Below the pieces are notes generated by a model. It searched no databases and was not told where the DNA came from. It saw only the letters and a list, made by a program, of their open reading frames with translations. The translations under genes were made by a program, and so were the position numbers. This document shows, piece after piece, positions 1 to 7,768 of a stretch of DNA of 55,598 bases; the first letter of the stretch is position 1, and each line of letters starts with the position of its first letter. The DNA lies in contig CAISTG010000038.1 of the NCBI GenBank assembly GCA_903888345.1, positions 1-55,598 of the forward strand. The letters run 5' to 3'. This DNA is from Candidatus Buchananbacteria bacterium. Its GTDB lineage: Bacteria; Patescibacteriota; Patescibacteriia; 2-01-FULL-39-33.

Positions 1-90
1 CAATGACGACCAAATTTTGCTAATTTTAGATAAAATGTAATTATTTTATCTATATATACTATATATTGTATTAATTAATCCTGTTCGAAC

Positions 91-116
91 TGTAACACTT
101 TAACTATTTTATCGTC
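91..116 (+). promoter_or_regulatory. putative ECF-sigma promoter (autoregulatory, near-leaderless)
   Basis: TGTAAC-N16-CGTC ending 7 bp before the ECF sigma ATG; matches the AAC/CGT ECF promoter pattern. Confidence 0.65.
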
Positions 117-123
117 TTATAAG

Positions 124-681
124 ATGAAGAACCCTTTAGTCGAACAAATCCTGTTTTTACGGGTTAAAAATAAAGATCATCAGGCGTACGGCCAGTTTTA
201 TGATTTGTATGTAGAGCGAATCTATCGTTTTATCTACTTTAAGATCAATTCTGAGGACGACGCTAAAGACCTGACTTCCGAAGTCTTTTTGAAGACTTGG
301 CAGTACATTAAAGAAGATCGATCCATTAAGAACTTGAATGCCTTCATCTATATGGTAGCGCGCAATTGCGTGATTGACTTCTATCGCTCACGTTCGCGCA
401 AGGAAGAAAATGAAGATTTTATCAGTGATGCCCAGGCCGATGTGCCAAGCAATGACTTACTTACCAAGCAAATTAAGGAATTTGAGGTCGCTGAAGTCCT
501 CAAAGCTCTCGCCGAGCTCAAAAGCGAATATCGCGAAGTAATCGTTCTCCATTATTTAGATGAGTTATCAACCCGAGAAATTGCCCAGATTTTACAAAAA
601 TCTCCCGGCGCTGTCCGCATTCTCGTCTATCGCGCGCTCAATGCTCTAAAAACTTCTATTAATAGTAAAACAACTAAGTAA
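124..681 (+). CDS. ECF-type RNA polymerase sigma-70 factor
   Basis: Region 2 (DAKDLTSEVFLKTW...ARNCVIDFYR) and region 4 (YREVIVLHYLDELSTREIAQIL...GAVRILVYRAL). Confidence 0.95.
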   Translation: MKNPLVEQILFLRVKNKDHQAYGQFYDLYVERIYRFIYFKINSEDDAKDLTSEVFLKTWQYIKEDRSIKNLNAFIYMVARNCVIDFYRSRSRKEENEDFISDAQADVPSNDLLTKQIKEFEVAEVLKALAELKSEYREVIVLHYLDELSTREIAQILQKSPGAVRILVYRALNALKTSINSKTTK

Positions 682-686
682 TTAAG

Positions 687-1892
687 ATGTCTCACCAAGC
701 TTTAATTAAAAACCTAAAGAAAGTGAAAAACCTCGAGTCGGTAGGCCGACCCGGGGATGCTTGGGTTTCTAGCAATCGCGCCATCTTGATGAGCCAGATC
801 AATCCACAAAACAAAGAGCTCGAATATAATCCTGTCCAATATTATGTTGATTATTTTTCGTCTCTCATGCAACAAAAGATCTTGCGTCCAGCGCTCATGG
901 CAGTCTTAGTGGTTGGTGCTTACTTTGGCTATTCAGCGGTCACTTTAGCCGCTAAAGCCAGTTTACCTGGTGAAGCCTTGTATCCGATTAAGTCCTTGGG
1001 AGAAAAGATCCAATTAGTAACAACTGTGGGCGATGAAGCTAAAGTTAAACTCAAAATGATTTTTGTTTCCCGTCGTGGTGATGAATTACAGCAATTAGCT
1101 CGCAAGCCCGATACCGATAAAGCCAAATCCGAAAATATTTCCACTGCTGTTAAGAAGATTACTGAAGATGTGGCTGATGTTAAGAAATCAATTGATCGTA
1201 TGGCTACTGGATCATCGGCCGCGTCGCTTATCAGTACCGCCAAGATCGTTGATGAAAAAACTCTGAAAGTTGAAAAGGATATTGTCGATGTTCACGCCTC
1301 CTTATCAATTGATGTCAAAAAAGAAGTAGCTAAAGACGTCAAGGACGCGATTGCTAAGACCGAAGAGGTTGGTACTAGCGCCTTAACCACAATGGTTACT
1401 AAGTCTGACGAAAAGAATGTTAAAGACACTAATCAAGCTGTACCAGACAAAGAACTAGCCTTAAGAGTTTCGGAAAGAATTAAAAGCTCAGAAGTGGCCA
1501 TTGAAACCTTGACCACCGATATGAGTAAGATGGCTAGCAATACTCCAGCGCTGATTTTGGCCAAAGAGGTCCCGCTCAATGTCGTGCCGATCAATCCTCT
1601 CAACCAGTCATCCACCCCCGCTAATTCCACTGGCACCGCTACCTTAAAAGAAGCCCTGAAAGAAGTAGTTGATACGAAACCACATGAAGCCAAAGATGTG
1701 ATTGAAGTGGCGAAAAGTTTATTAGATAATAAAGATTACGCCGCTGCCTTACAAAAGGTAGTCGAAAGCAAATCAATTGTCGCGGAAGTAATCGAGAAAG
1801 CACCAATCATTACTAATGCCATTAAAACTGAGGTAGCTAGCTCAACTCAAGCAGCGGCACTAAAAGCCTCATCATCGGTTATTGTTAAATAG
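687..1892 (+). CDS. DUF5667-type single-pass membrane protein, probable anti-sigma factor
   Basis: Follows the ECF sigma gene by 5 bp; one TM helix, then the SLPGEALYPIKSLGE motif and a helical external domain. Confidence 0.7.
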   Translation: MSHQALIKNLKKVKNLESVGRPGDAWVSSNRAILMSQINPQNKELEYNPVQYYVDYFSSLMQQKILRPALMAVLVVGAYFGYSAVTLAAKASLPGEALYPIKSLGEKIQLVTTVGDEAKVKLKMIFVSRRGDELQQLARKPDTDKAKSENISTAVKKITEDVADVKKSIDRMATGSSAASLISTAKIVDEKTLKVEKDIVDVHASLSIDVKKEVAKDVKDAIAKTEEVGTSALTTMVTKSDEKNVKDTNQAVPDKELALRVSERIKSSEVAIETLTTDMSKMASNTPALILAKEVPLNVVPINPLNQSSTPANSTGTATLKEALKEVVDTKPHEAKDVIEVAKSLLDNKDYAAALQKVVESKSIVAEVIEKAPIITNAIKTEVASSTQAAALKASSSVIVK

Positions 1893-1897
1893 TAGTT

Positions 1898-2097
1898 TGT
1901 CATTGCCGTCCGCTGCGGCGGAGCGGGAATCCACCGCCACCGTTACTTGTCATTCCGGGCTTGACCCGGAATCTGTCCCACATCTTTATAAGTAAGGCCT
2001 AGAATCTATATCGATCTTAACGATTAGATTACTGGCCTCGCTCGTAAAACAGTGAGAATTTCTAAAGCTCTGTCATTCCGGACTTGATTCGGAATCT
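1898..2097 (+). repeat. three REP-like palindromes (TGTCATTCC...GGAATC family)
   Basis: Units at 1898-1932, 1948-1974 and 2071-2097; same family as the 10744-10970 array in opposite orientation. Confidence 0.8.
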
Positions 2098-2116
2098 CGT
2101 GAGTCTAGAACTTTAA

Positions 2117-2413
2117 ATTAAACTCTGAGGGGACTTGGGCCACTGGCCCTTAGGTTCCGCGTTTTATAAGCAAAGGTCGCATTGACAACCGTCAAGCTTA
2201 TAAGATTTCGGCTTTTTCTGACAATTCTGTCAGAATTAAGTCCGCCGCGATTTGGGCAATAATGCCTGTAGAGACGCCGCGCTGTGGCGTCTCAAAAGGA
2301 GCATTCGCTTCATGCGAGGCGCAACGACGTTGCGTCTTTACAGATACGAATTATTGAACAAATCTGCGTCGGATAACCTAGGGATTCCCAGCCAAGAAGT
2401 ATCTTAGTTTAAT
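2117..2413 (+). ncRNA. long multibranched structured 5' leader of the S-layer-like gene
   Basis: 2117-2161 pairs with 2367-2413; nested hairpins at 2162-2205, 2209-2243 and 2247-2368; ends about 20 nt before the ATG. Confidence 0.6.
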
Positions 2414-2432
2414 CTAACAAATAAAATTAATT

Positions 2433-5400
2433 ATGAAAAAGTTTTTAACTTATTCCGTAGTTGCTGCCACCATGGCTTGGTCCATGGGTATTTCTGCTGT
2501 CTTGCCAGCCGCTGCTGCCACTGCCTATGTCCCAACTGATGGTGACATTGTCAAGGTTGCTGCTGCTAACAGACCTGGCGTTTACTACATCATGGGTGGC
2601 AAAAAGTATCTTTTTGTTAACCGTGTCACTTACACTACCTGGGCTTCTGCTATTGGCGATACCGCTGATAGTTTCAAAGGATTAAAAGGAATTACTCAGG
2701 CTGAATTCGATGCTTTAGACTTAGGTGGTAACATTACCGCAAGAGCTGGTGCCAGTCTTATCAAATTTGATAATAGTGACCTAGTTTATGCTGTTGCTCC
2801 AGGAGCTAAGCTTTGCAAATTGGCTGATACTGCGGCTAAAACTGCCCTTTATGGTGCAGCTACTCCAATCTTGATCCAATCTGCTTTCGAAACTGGTTAT
2901 ACCAAGGATGCTTCTTGCGCCTTGACCGCTACTTCAAAGTATCCTGATGGAACTTTGATCAAATCCGGCACCGCTTATTCTTATGTTGAAGGCGGTTTGT
3001 TGAGAGCTGTCGGAGCCGATGCTTTCTCTGCTAATGGCTTCAAGGAATCTTGGGCTGTTTCAGTTGCTAACACTTCAGCTTACACTGCTGGATCTGCCAT
3101 CTCTGGCAAATTCGTTAGCGTAATCTCTGGTGCTTCTACTGCTCCTATCGTCAATACTGGTTCTGTCACTGTTTCTTTATCATCTGACACCCCAGCTGCC
3201 GGTACATTAGTAGCTACTCAAGCTTCTGCTGATTTAGCTCACATTGTATTCTCTGGTACAGGTACTGTTTCTGGTTTAAAATTGACCAAAATCGGTGTAT
3301 CTGGTGATGATACTTTAAGCAACATCTATTTATATGATGGTGCTACTCGTTTGACTGATGCTGGAACTTTCTCTAGCGGTGTTGTTAGCTTTAGCAATGG
3401 CTCTGGCTTATTCACTGTTTCTGGAACAAAGGTTATCACTGTTAAGGCCGATGTAAAGGCTTCAACCGGTGGTTTATCTGTCGGCGTTTCTGTTAATGCT
3501 GCAGCTGATGTGACTGGTGTTACTGTCGGTGGCTCATTCCCAGTTAAGGGTAACGTTATGAGCATCGCTAGCACTCCTTCTGACATGGTTACTGCCACTA
3601 TTGGTTCTGCAACTAATGTTGGAACTACCGTTACTGCTGGCACCTCCAATGTTACCTTATGGTCAAATAGCTTAACCACAAATCAGAGAACTACTTTGTT
3701 GAAGGGTTTAACTCTTAATCAAATTGGTTCAATGTCTGCTGATTCTATCGCTAACATTAATATGTTTGTTGATGGAGTTCAGGTTGGTTCAGGTGCTATT
3801 AATACCAATGGTATTTTAGTGTTTGATTTATCAGCTAGCCCAGTTTCTATCAAGAATGGTGTTCATACCATTGATGTACGTGGAGATGTTGTTAAGGGTT
3901 CTTCCAGAACTTTCAAATTCTCTTTACGTTCTCAAGCTGATGTAGTTGTTTATGATTCAACTTACGGTGTAAATTTAGCTGCTGCTGGAACTTTCCCATC
4001 TGAAGCTAATTCTGGTTCCGCAACAACTATTAGTGCTGGAACTCTTTCCGTAACAACTGATCCTTCTTTCAACACCACTCAGATCATTTCTAATGCCACT
4101 GGTCAAACTTTAGGCAAATGGACAATGAAAGCTTATGGTGAAGATTTGAAGGTTATGAATCTTTATGCTTCTACCACTTACACTGGTTCATTAACTTCTG
4201 GTGATAAGATTAGCAATTTTGCTATTTTTGTTAACGGCGTGCAGGTTGGATCTTCACAGACCTATACCTTAGCTAGCAGCGGTTATGCTCAATTTGGTTC
4301 TACCAATTTGTTCACTATCCCTGCCGGTACAACCGTTACTGTTGAAGTTAGAGGTGATTTATCATTGAGCAGCCCTGCTACCGTGACTGGTTTAGGATCA
4401 GCAATTAAGATTGCTGCTAACCAAGTTCAAGGTATGACTTCGTTTGCTACAACTGCGGTTGGAACTGACGCTACTTACGCTTCATTAAACACTTTGACTG
4501 TTGCTTCTGGTGCTTTGACTTTAGCTGCTAACGCTGCTTTGGCCAATTCTACCACCTCTCCAAACGTTGTCGGTGCTAAGGTTGGATCATTCGTGATCAC
4601 TAACTCTAATGCTGATACCGTAAGAGTAACCAACGTTAAGATTGGTTTAGCTAATAGCACTCTTGGTTATGCTACAAACACTTCAGATTTGTATATTTCT
4701 GAAACTCCTAGCAATAAAGTAAGTCCTCAAAGCTCTAATAACTTTGCTGTTGACTTCTCTTTAGCTCCTAGTGCTACTAAGGTTATCGATGTTTATATGA
4801 CTATCGGTAATGTTACTGGTAATGACTTGAATAAGGGTATTATCACTACAATGGATATGACTGCTAGAACTAGCGCTCAAAGTGATGCTTATGCATCTGG
4901 TGCTAAGACTGGTCAGACCACTATCGTTGCAGTTGGTACTTTAAGCTCTGTCACTAAGACTAATGATTCAATGTCTTCTCAATATGTATTGGGCGGAACA
5001 TCGAACACAAACTTAATGATGTTGAACTTCAAGACTGCCAATTCTTCTGTTATTATCGATGAATTAGGCTTCCAATTCCGTGGCACAGCCGTTGGTGCTA
5101 GCTCTGTTCCAGTTACTTCTGTAACTGTTAATGGTGTTACTGCTAGCGTATCTGATGCTACAGCTACTACTACTTTAACCGGTTTGAACTTAACCGTTCC
5201 TGCAGGTTATGCTGGTTTGGATGTACCTGTCATTGCTTCTTACAATAACGTTGGTTATGGTGCTTTATCATCCAACATATTGGTAAGCTCTTCATTGGCT
5301 TACATCAAGTATCGTGGAGGTGCAACTACTTATTATTCTTATAACAATGCTTATAGCGTAACTTCAAGCGATATGCTTTTAGTTGCTACTAAGCCTACTG

Positions 5401-5855
5401 TTGCTTTGGTAGCTCCTACCAATGCTTTAGCAGCTGGTACTGTAAGAATTGGTAGAATCACTGTCAATGCTGATGCCAAGGGAGGTCTTAAATTAAAGAC
5501 TTTGAACTTGACTTTAGCTACTACTAGCGCTGCCTTCGATTACACAGCAGATAAGTTGGTAATTAAGACTGCCGCTGGTGATATCTTGACAACTACAAAC
5601 CTTGCAGTTCTCAATGGAAGCACCACTGTTAGCTTCACTAACGGTTACACCGTTAATGCAGGTAGCCAAGCCATTATGGATGTTTACGTCCAAACAGCTA
5701 GCTATTCTGGCTCAACATCTGGCGCTTCTAAGATCACTATGGGTCTTGGAACAAAATCATTATTCACTTGGGATGATGTTAATGGCAATGCCACTAATAT
5801 CACAGGTGCTTACTATAGCAACTGGCCAATTGATACCGTTTCTGTCCAGAACTAA
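2433..5855 (+). CDS. large secreted S-layer-like surface protein
   Basis: Signal peptide; three N-terminal G-x-[IL][IV]K...Y repeats; S/T/A/G/V-rich beta domains; strong GCT/ACT/GTT codon bias suggesting high expression. Confidence 0.75.
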   Translation: MKKFLTYSVVAATMAWSMGISAVLPAAAATAYVPTDGDIVKVAAANRPGVYYIMGGKKYLFVNRVTYTTWASAIGDTADSFKGLKGITQAEFDALDLGGNITARAGASLIKFDNSDLVYAVAPGAKLCKLADTAAKTALYGAATPILIQSAFETGYTKDASCALTATSKYPDGTLIKSGTAYSYVEGGLLRAVGADAFSANGFKESWAVSVANTSAYTAGSAISGKFVSVISGASTAPIVNTGSVTVSLSSDTPAAGTLVATQASADLAHIVFSGTGTVSGLKLTKIGVSGDDTLSNIYLYDGATRLTDAGTFSSGVVSFSNGSGLFTVSGTKVITVKADVKASTGGLSVGVSVNAAADVTGVTVGGSFPVKGNVMSIASTPSDMVTATIGSATNVGTTVTAGTSNVTLWSNSLTTNQRTTLLKGLTLNQIGSMSADSIANINMFVDGVQVGSGAINTNGILVFDLSASPVSIKNGVHTIDVRGDVVKGSSRTFKFSLRSQADVVVYDSTYGVNLAAAGTFPSEANSGSATTISAGTLSVTTDPSFNTTQIISNATGQTLGKWTMKAYGEDLKVMNLYASTTYTGSLTSGDKISNFAIFVNGVQVGSSQTYTLASSGYAQFGSTNLFTIPAGTTVTVEVRGDLSLSSPATVTGLGSAIKIAANQVQGMTSFATTAVGTDATYASLNTLTVASGALTLAANAALANSTTSPNVVGAKVGSFVITNSNADTVRVTNVKIGLANSTLGYATNTSDLYISETPSNKVSPQSSNNFAVDFSLAPSATKVIDVYMTIGNVTGNDLNKGIITTMDMTARTSAQSDAYASGAKTGQTTIVAVGTLSSVTKTNDSMSSQYVLGGTSNTNLMMLNFKTANSSVIIDELGFQFRGTAVGASSVPVTSVTVNGVTASVSDATATTTLTGLNLTVPAGYAGLDVPVIASYNNVGYGALSSNILVSSSLAYIKYRGGATTYYSYNNAYSVTSSDMLLVATKPTVALVAPTNALAAGTVRIGRITVNADAKGGLKLKTLNLTLATTSAAFDYTADKLVIKTAAGDILTTTNLAVLNGSTTVSFTNGYTVNAGSQAIMDVYVQTASYSGSTSGASKITMGLGTKSLFTWDDVNGNATNITGAYYSNWPIDTVSVQN

Positions 5856-5885
5856 CCTTTGATTCTTTCGAGAATTTAAGTTTAC

Positions 5886-5916
5886 AAAACTCCCGCCACT
5901 CGTGGCGGGAGTTTTT
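5886..5916 (+). terminator. intrinsic terminator
   Basis: aaaactcccgccac/gtggcgggagtttt perfect stem with T tract. Confidence 0.9.
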
Positions 5917-5936
5917 GTATAATTAAATTTTGTTGA

Positions 5937-6044
5937 TTTACCCCGTTAAATAAGCGCTCATAGGAAGTCAGTCTAAAGTACTAATTAAGCGCTACTAAAT
6001 TTAGTATGCCTAACAAGATTACTAACACTATTTAACAGGGTGAA
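5937..6044. repeat. small inverted-repeat element (ACCCCGTTAAATA...TATTTAACAGGGT)
   Basis: 14/16 terminal inverted repeat enclosing about 76 bp. Confidence 0.55.
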
Positions 6045-6113
6045 TATTTTATGCTATAATAAATATATTGTCAGGAAGGCGATGACGCTCGTTGTCGTTT
6101 ATGGGGTGGCAAA

Positions 6114-6290
6114 ATGAGATGGTTATAAATTATTTTATAAATAAATTTAGGATTTTTGATTCGAGACTAGGAGGATCAGTAAAATAGTTTGAGGTGTAGT
6201 TTAACTACAGTGAAAATTATTTTACGCCAATCCGACGACGTCGTAGCCAAAAAGACAAATTTAGAATGAAATAATTTATAACCATCTCAT
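6114..6290. mobile_element. MITE-like element with perfect 22-bp terminal inverted repeats
   Basis: atgagatggttataaattattt (6114-6135) / aaataatttataaccatctcat (6269-6290); internal hairpin gtaaaatagttt-gagg-tgtagtt/aactaca-gtga-aaattattttac; no credible ORF. Confidence 0.6.
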
Positions 6291-6302
6291 AACGTAAGGC
6301 TT

Positions 6303-6340
6303 AAATTCCTTGTTTGTAATGGACAAGGAATTTTTGTTTT
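6303..6340 (+). terminator. terminator-like hairpin, copy 1 of an identical 38-bp direct repeat
   Basis: aaattccttgt...acaaggaattt plus T tract; identical to 7156-7193. Confidence 0.8.
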
Positions 6341-6507
6341 TTTTGATATTATGTAACTCACCGGAATTTCCGGATAGTTCGATAATATGAAGGCAACTAT
6401 TGCAAAAATTGCAACGGTTGTAAAAGTAATGTAAAAAACGCATATTGCTAAAATATGGTTCTGGATATTGCCTGAGATTATAAAAATATCGGGGTGGATA
6501 ATTCATA

Positions 6508-6536
6508 TTGACAATGTATAGACAATGTAATACAAT
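6508..6536 (+). promoter_or_regulatory. sigma70 promoter of the TA operon with possible operator repeats
   Basis: TTGACA-N17-TACAAT; GACAATGTA repeated twice within it. Confidence 0.8.
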
Positions 6537-6562
6537 ATAGATATATCAATAATATTAAACAT

Positions 6563-6847
6563 ATGACCGAAATGGTTCAAGCCAGAGTGGATAGTAAAAT
6601 CAAGCATCAGGCTGCCAAGATTTTTGATTCTTTGGGTTTAGATATGAGTACCGGCATTAAGATCTATTTGGCTAAGGTAGTTAAGGATAAAGGCGTGCCT
6701 TTTTCATTATTGACGGAAAATGGGTTTACCGAAGAACAGGAAAAGCGAATCTTGGCCGAGTCTAAGGCAACCATGGCTGCATTTAAGGCGGGTAAAATCC
6801 CCAAGATTACCAGTGCCGCAGAATTGCATAAATATTTATTAACTTAA
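6563..6847 (+). CDS. RelB/DinJ-family antitoxin
   Basis: VQARVDSKIKHQAAKIFDSLGLDMSTGIKIYLAKVV...GVPF ribbon-helix-helix pattern. Confidence 0.9.
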   Translation: MTEMVQARVDSKIKHQAAKIFDSLGLDMSTGIKIYLAKVVKDKGVPFSLLTENGFTEEQEKRILAESKATMAAFKAGKIPKITSAAELHKYLLT

Positions 6848-6851
6848 TAAT

Positions 6852-7130
6852 ATGGCATATCTTGTCGTACCTTCAAAAAGATTTACCCGTCAATATAAAA
6901 AACTACTGAAATCTGACCCCGAGTTATCTGGGGAGTTAAAAATAGTTATTGATTTATTAGCTAGGCCTACTAGTTTGCCGAGTAAAAATCGTAATCATCG
7001 GCTTGTTGGCAATTTTAGTAATTATTGGGAGTGTCATATCTCATACGATTGGTTACTGATTTATCAGTATCATCATGATGTTTTAGTTTTAGAATTGATA
7101 GCTACTGGCTCGCATAATGATCTGTTTTGA
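6852..7130 (+). CDS. YafQ/RelE-family mRNA interferase toxin
   Basis: NRNHRLVGNFSNYWECHISYDWLLIY...ATGSHNDLF. Confidence 0.92.
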   Translation: MAYLVVPSKRFTRQYKKLLKSDPELSGELKIVIDLLARPTSLPSKNRNHRLVGNFSNYWECHISYDWLLIYQYHHDVLVLELIATGSHNDLF

Positions 7131-7155
7131 ATGTGCCATAATCTCTCAAAATATA

Positions 7156-7193
7156 AAATTCCTTGTTTGTAATGGACAAGGAATTTTTGTTTT
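7156..7193 (+). terminator. terminator, copy 2 of the 38-bp direct repeat
   Basis: Identical to 6303-6340. Confidence 0.85.
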
Positions 7194-7201
7194 AAATATA
7201 T

Positions 7202-7231
7202 TTGACAATGATTGCCGTATATTTGTATAAT
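7202..7231 (+). promoter_or_regulatory. sigma70 promoter
   Basis: TTGACA-N18-TATAAT. Confidence 0.7.
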
Positions 7232-7258
7232 TAATTCAATATCAATTAATTGCCATAT

Positions 7259-7702
7259 ATGGAAGAAAGTAAAATTGAAAAAAATTTAACCGATTTGATC
7301 GAAACCGTAGGCTATTTAGTTGAAACTGTCGGTTATATTAAGGAAAATATGGCTACTAAGGCAGAATTGGCTGAGGTTAAGAGTGATGTTTCTATCCTAA
7401 AGAGTGATATGGCGGGAGTTAAAGAAGACATTTCTGGTCTTAAGAGTGATGTTTCTACTCTCAAGAGTGATGTGGTGGGGGTTAAAGAAGACATTTCTGG
7501 TCTTAAGAGTGATATGGCTAATATGGAGACTCGACAAATTTTTATGGCCAAAGAGATTGCCGCCACTAAGGTCATTGTTGAGGCGATTGACGTGAGAACC
7601 GCGGAAGATGATCGGATGATTCTCGATGAAATTAGCAAGTTAAAGGCAACTGACAATGATCAGGAGATCAGGATTAAAAAGTTGGAACTGCAACGAGCTT
7701 AA
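7259..7702 (+). CDS. coiled-coil protein with heptad tandem repeats
   Basis: ATK...[KSDVSxL/KSDMAGV/KEDISGL]n; ATG 7259 preferred over TTG 7250. Confidence 0.75.
   Translation: MEESKIEKNLTDLIETVGYLVETVGYIKENMATKAELAEVKSDVSILKSDMAGVKEDISGLKSDVSTLKSDVVGVKEDISGLKSDMANMETRQIFMAKEIAATKVIVEAIDVRTAEDDRMILDEISKLKATDNDQEIRIKKLELQRA
7379..7525 (+). repeat. intragenic 21-bp x7 tandem repeat with 63-bp higher-order period
   Basis: aagagtgat.../aaagaagacatttctggtctt units. Confidence 0.85.
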
Positions 7703-7768
7703 CTTTTATATTATATTGACTGCCGGACCTAGGTCCCGCAGTTTTAATTTATTAATAACTTCAATGTT

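Noticed and set aside
6340-6360. dif-like half site TTATGTAAC
   Set aside because: There is no XerC arm at the proper spacing.
6276-6506. 76-aa minus-strand ORF before the TA operon
   Set aside because: It spans the terminator repeat and the MITE end, has no recognisable motif and is probably spurious.
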